Origin: Paraphysomonas bandaiensis
Lineage: Eukaryota > Protista > Chrysophyceae
DNA: 64,000 bases
Direction: 5' to 3'
NCBI GenBank assembly: GCA_965644295.1
Contig: CBFFRP010000127.1
Location: 124,001 to 188,000, forward strand
The notes beneath the pieces are model-generated. The model did not search any database, was not told where the DNA came from, and saw nothing but the letters and a program-made list of their open reading frames with translations. Made by a program: the position numbers and the translations under genes. This document shows, piece by piece, positions 63,514 to 64,000 of this stretch. Within the stretch, counting starts at the first letter, position 1. Each line of letters opens with the position of its first letter.

Positions 63514-64000
63514 ATGGAGACTGAAGACAAAGAACGTACACCTTATCTACGGGTTATAAAAGAGAGCATCGGCTTTGCAACAGAGAAGCAGGCGGGTTTG
63601 TTTGACGCCTGTGAGTTAGAGTGGGGCCACAAGTTCTTAAACACTCTACCGGAGTTAGCTCAGTGTCTTCTCGCCCGTATGATTTTACGTCAGACTGTAT
63701 GGCTGCGAACAGATCGTCTTGAGAATGCCATGCCGCGAGACATTTCTCCCTCAGAGGTTTTAAAGGAGCTCCATGATTCCCTCTCTGAGCTTCAGTCACA
63801 AGGATTCGTGGAATTCATATCAGACTCATCGCCATTTGGTGATATTTGGGAAGCAGTGAATGACACACTGCTGCTAGAAGATTTAAAACGGTTGTATGTA
63901 GACATTGTGAAATCCAGGCCGAAGGGGTAAGTATTGAACATATTTCCTGCTACGCATGTATAACTCGATAGGAGCAGTGGTCGGGACTACATTCTAGATG
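63514..64000 (+). CDS. FAN1-like Fanconi-associated nuclease, 5' part (first exon ends ~63926; gene runs off the window)
   Basis: LFDACELEWGHKFLNTLPELAQCLLARMILRQTVWLR...LSELQSQGFV followed by a SAP-like LLLEDLKRL matches the FAN1 N-terminal helical region. The nuclease domain is not in the window. Confidence 0.65.

Noticed and set aside
1-64000. Prokaryotic defence island or operon
   Set aside because: Spliceosomal introns, eukaryote-specific genes and an LTR retrotransposon show this is eukaryotic nuclear DNA; neighbouring genes share no pathway.

Overview
Gene-dense eukaryotic nuclear DNA with short (about 50-140 nt) GT-AG introns. Flagellar genes and gene content suggest a flagellated protist, probably a stramenopile (inference only). 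Fourteen host genes can be assembled: UBR-type E3 ligase (3' part), a ~2,357-aa protein with 18 tandem ~81-aa repeats, CSRNP-like protein, UNC-93-like MFS transporter, a divergent mitochondrial carrier, an RRM-NYN-KH-macrodomain-like protein, a membrane-anchored sulfotransferase, PDI-C (ERGIC-thioredoxin fusion), CCDC33-like, NEMP-like, CFAP100, spermidine synthase, cathepsin Z and FAN1 (5' part). Mobile DNA includes an intact Ty1/copia element with apparently identical 320-bp LTRs, a deleted hAT element with an 8-bp TSD, MITEs, and copia and LINE relics. The best candidates for something undescribed are: (1) a non-coding 2.6-kb unit repeated three times head-to-tail between two divergent genes, with recombination-site-like junctions; (2) the adjacent RRM-NYN-KH-macrodomain protein with a degenerate nuclease site; (3) the giant repeat protein; (4) a recurrent upstream motif ACTGCTGTA within purine/pyrimidine-alternating promoter tracts. 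All family calls come from motif recognition by eye; no database searches were run.
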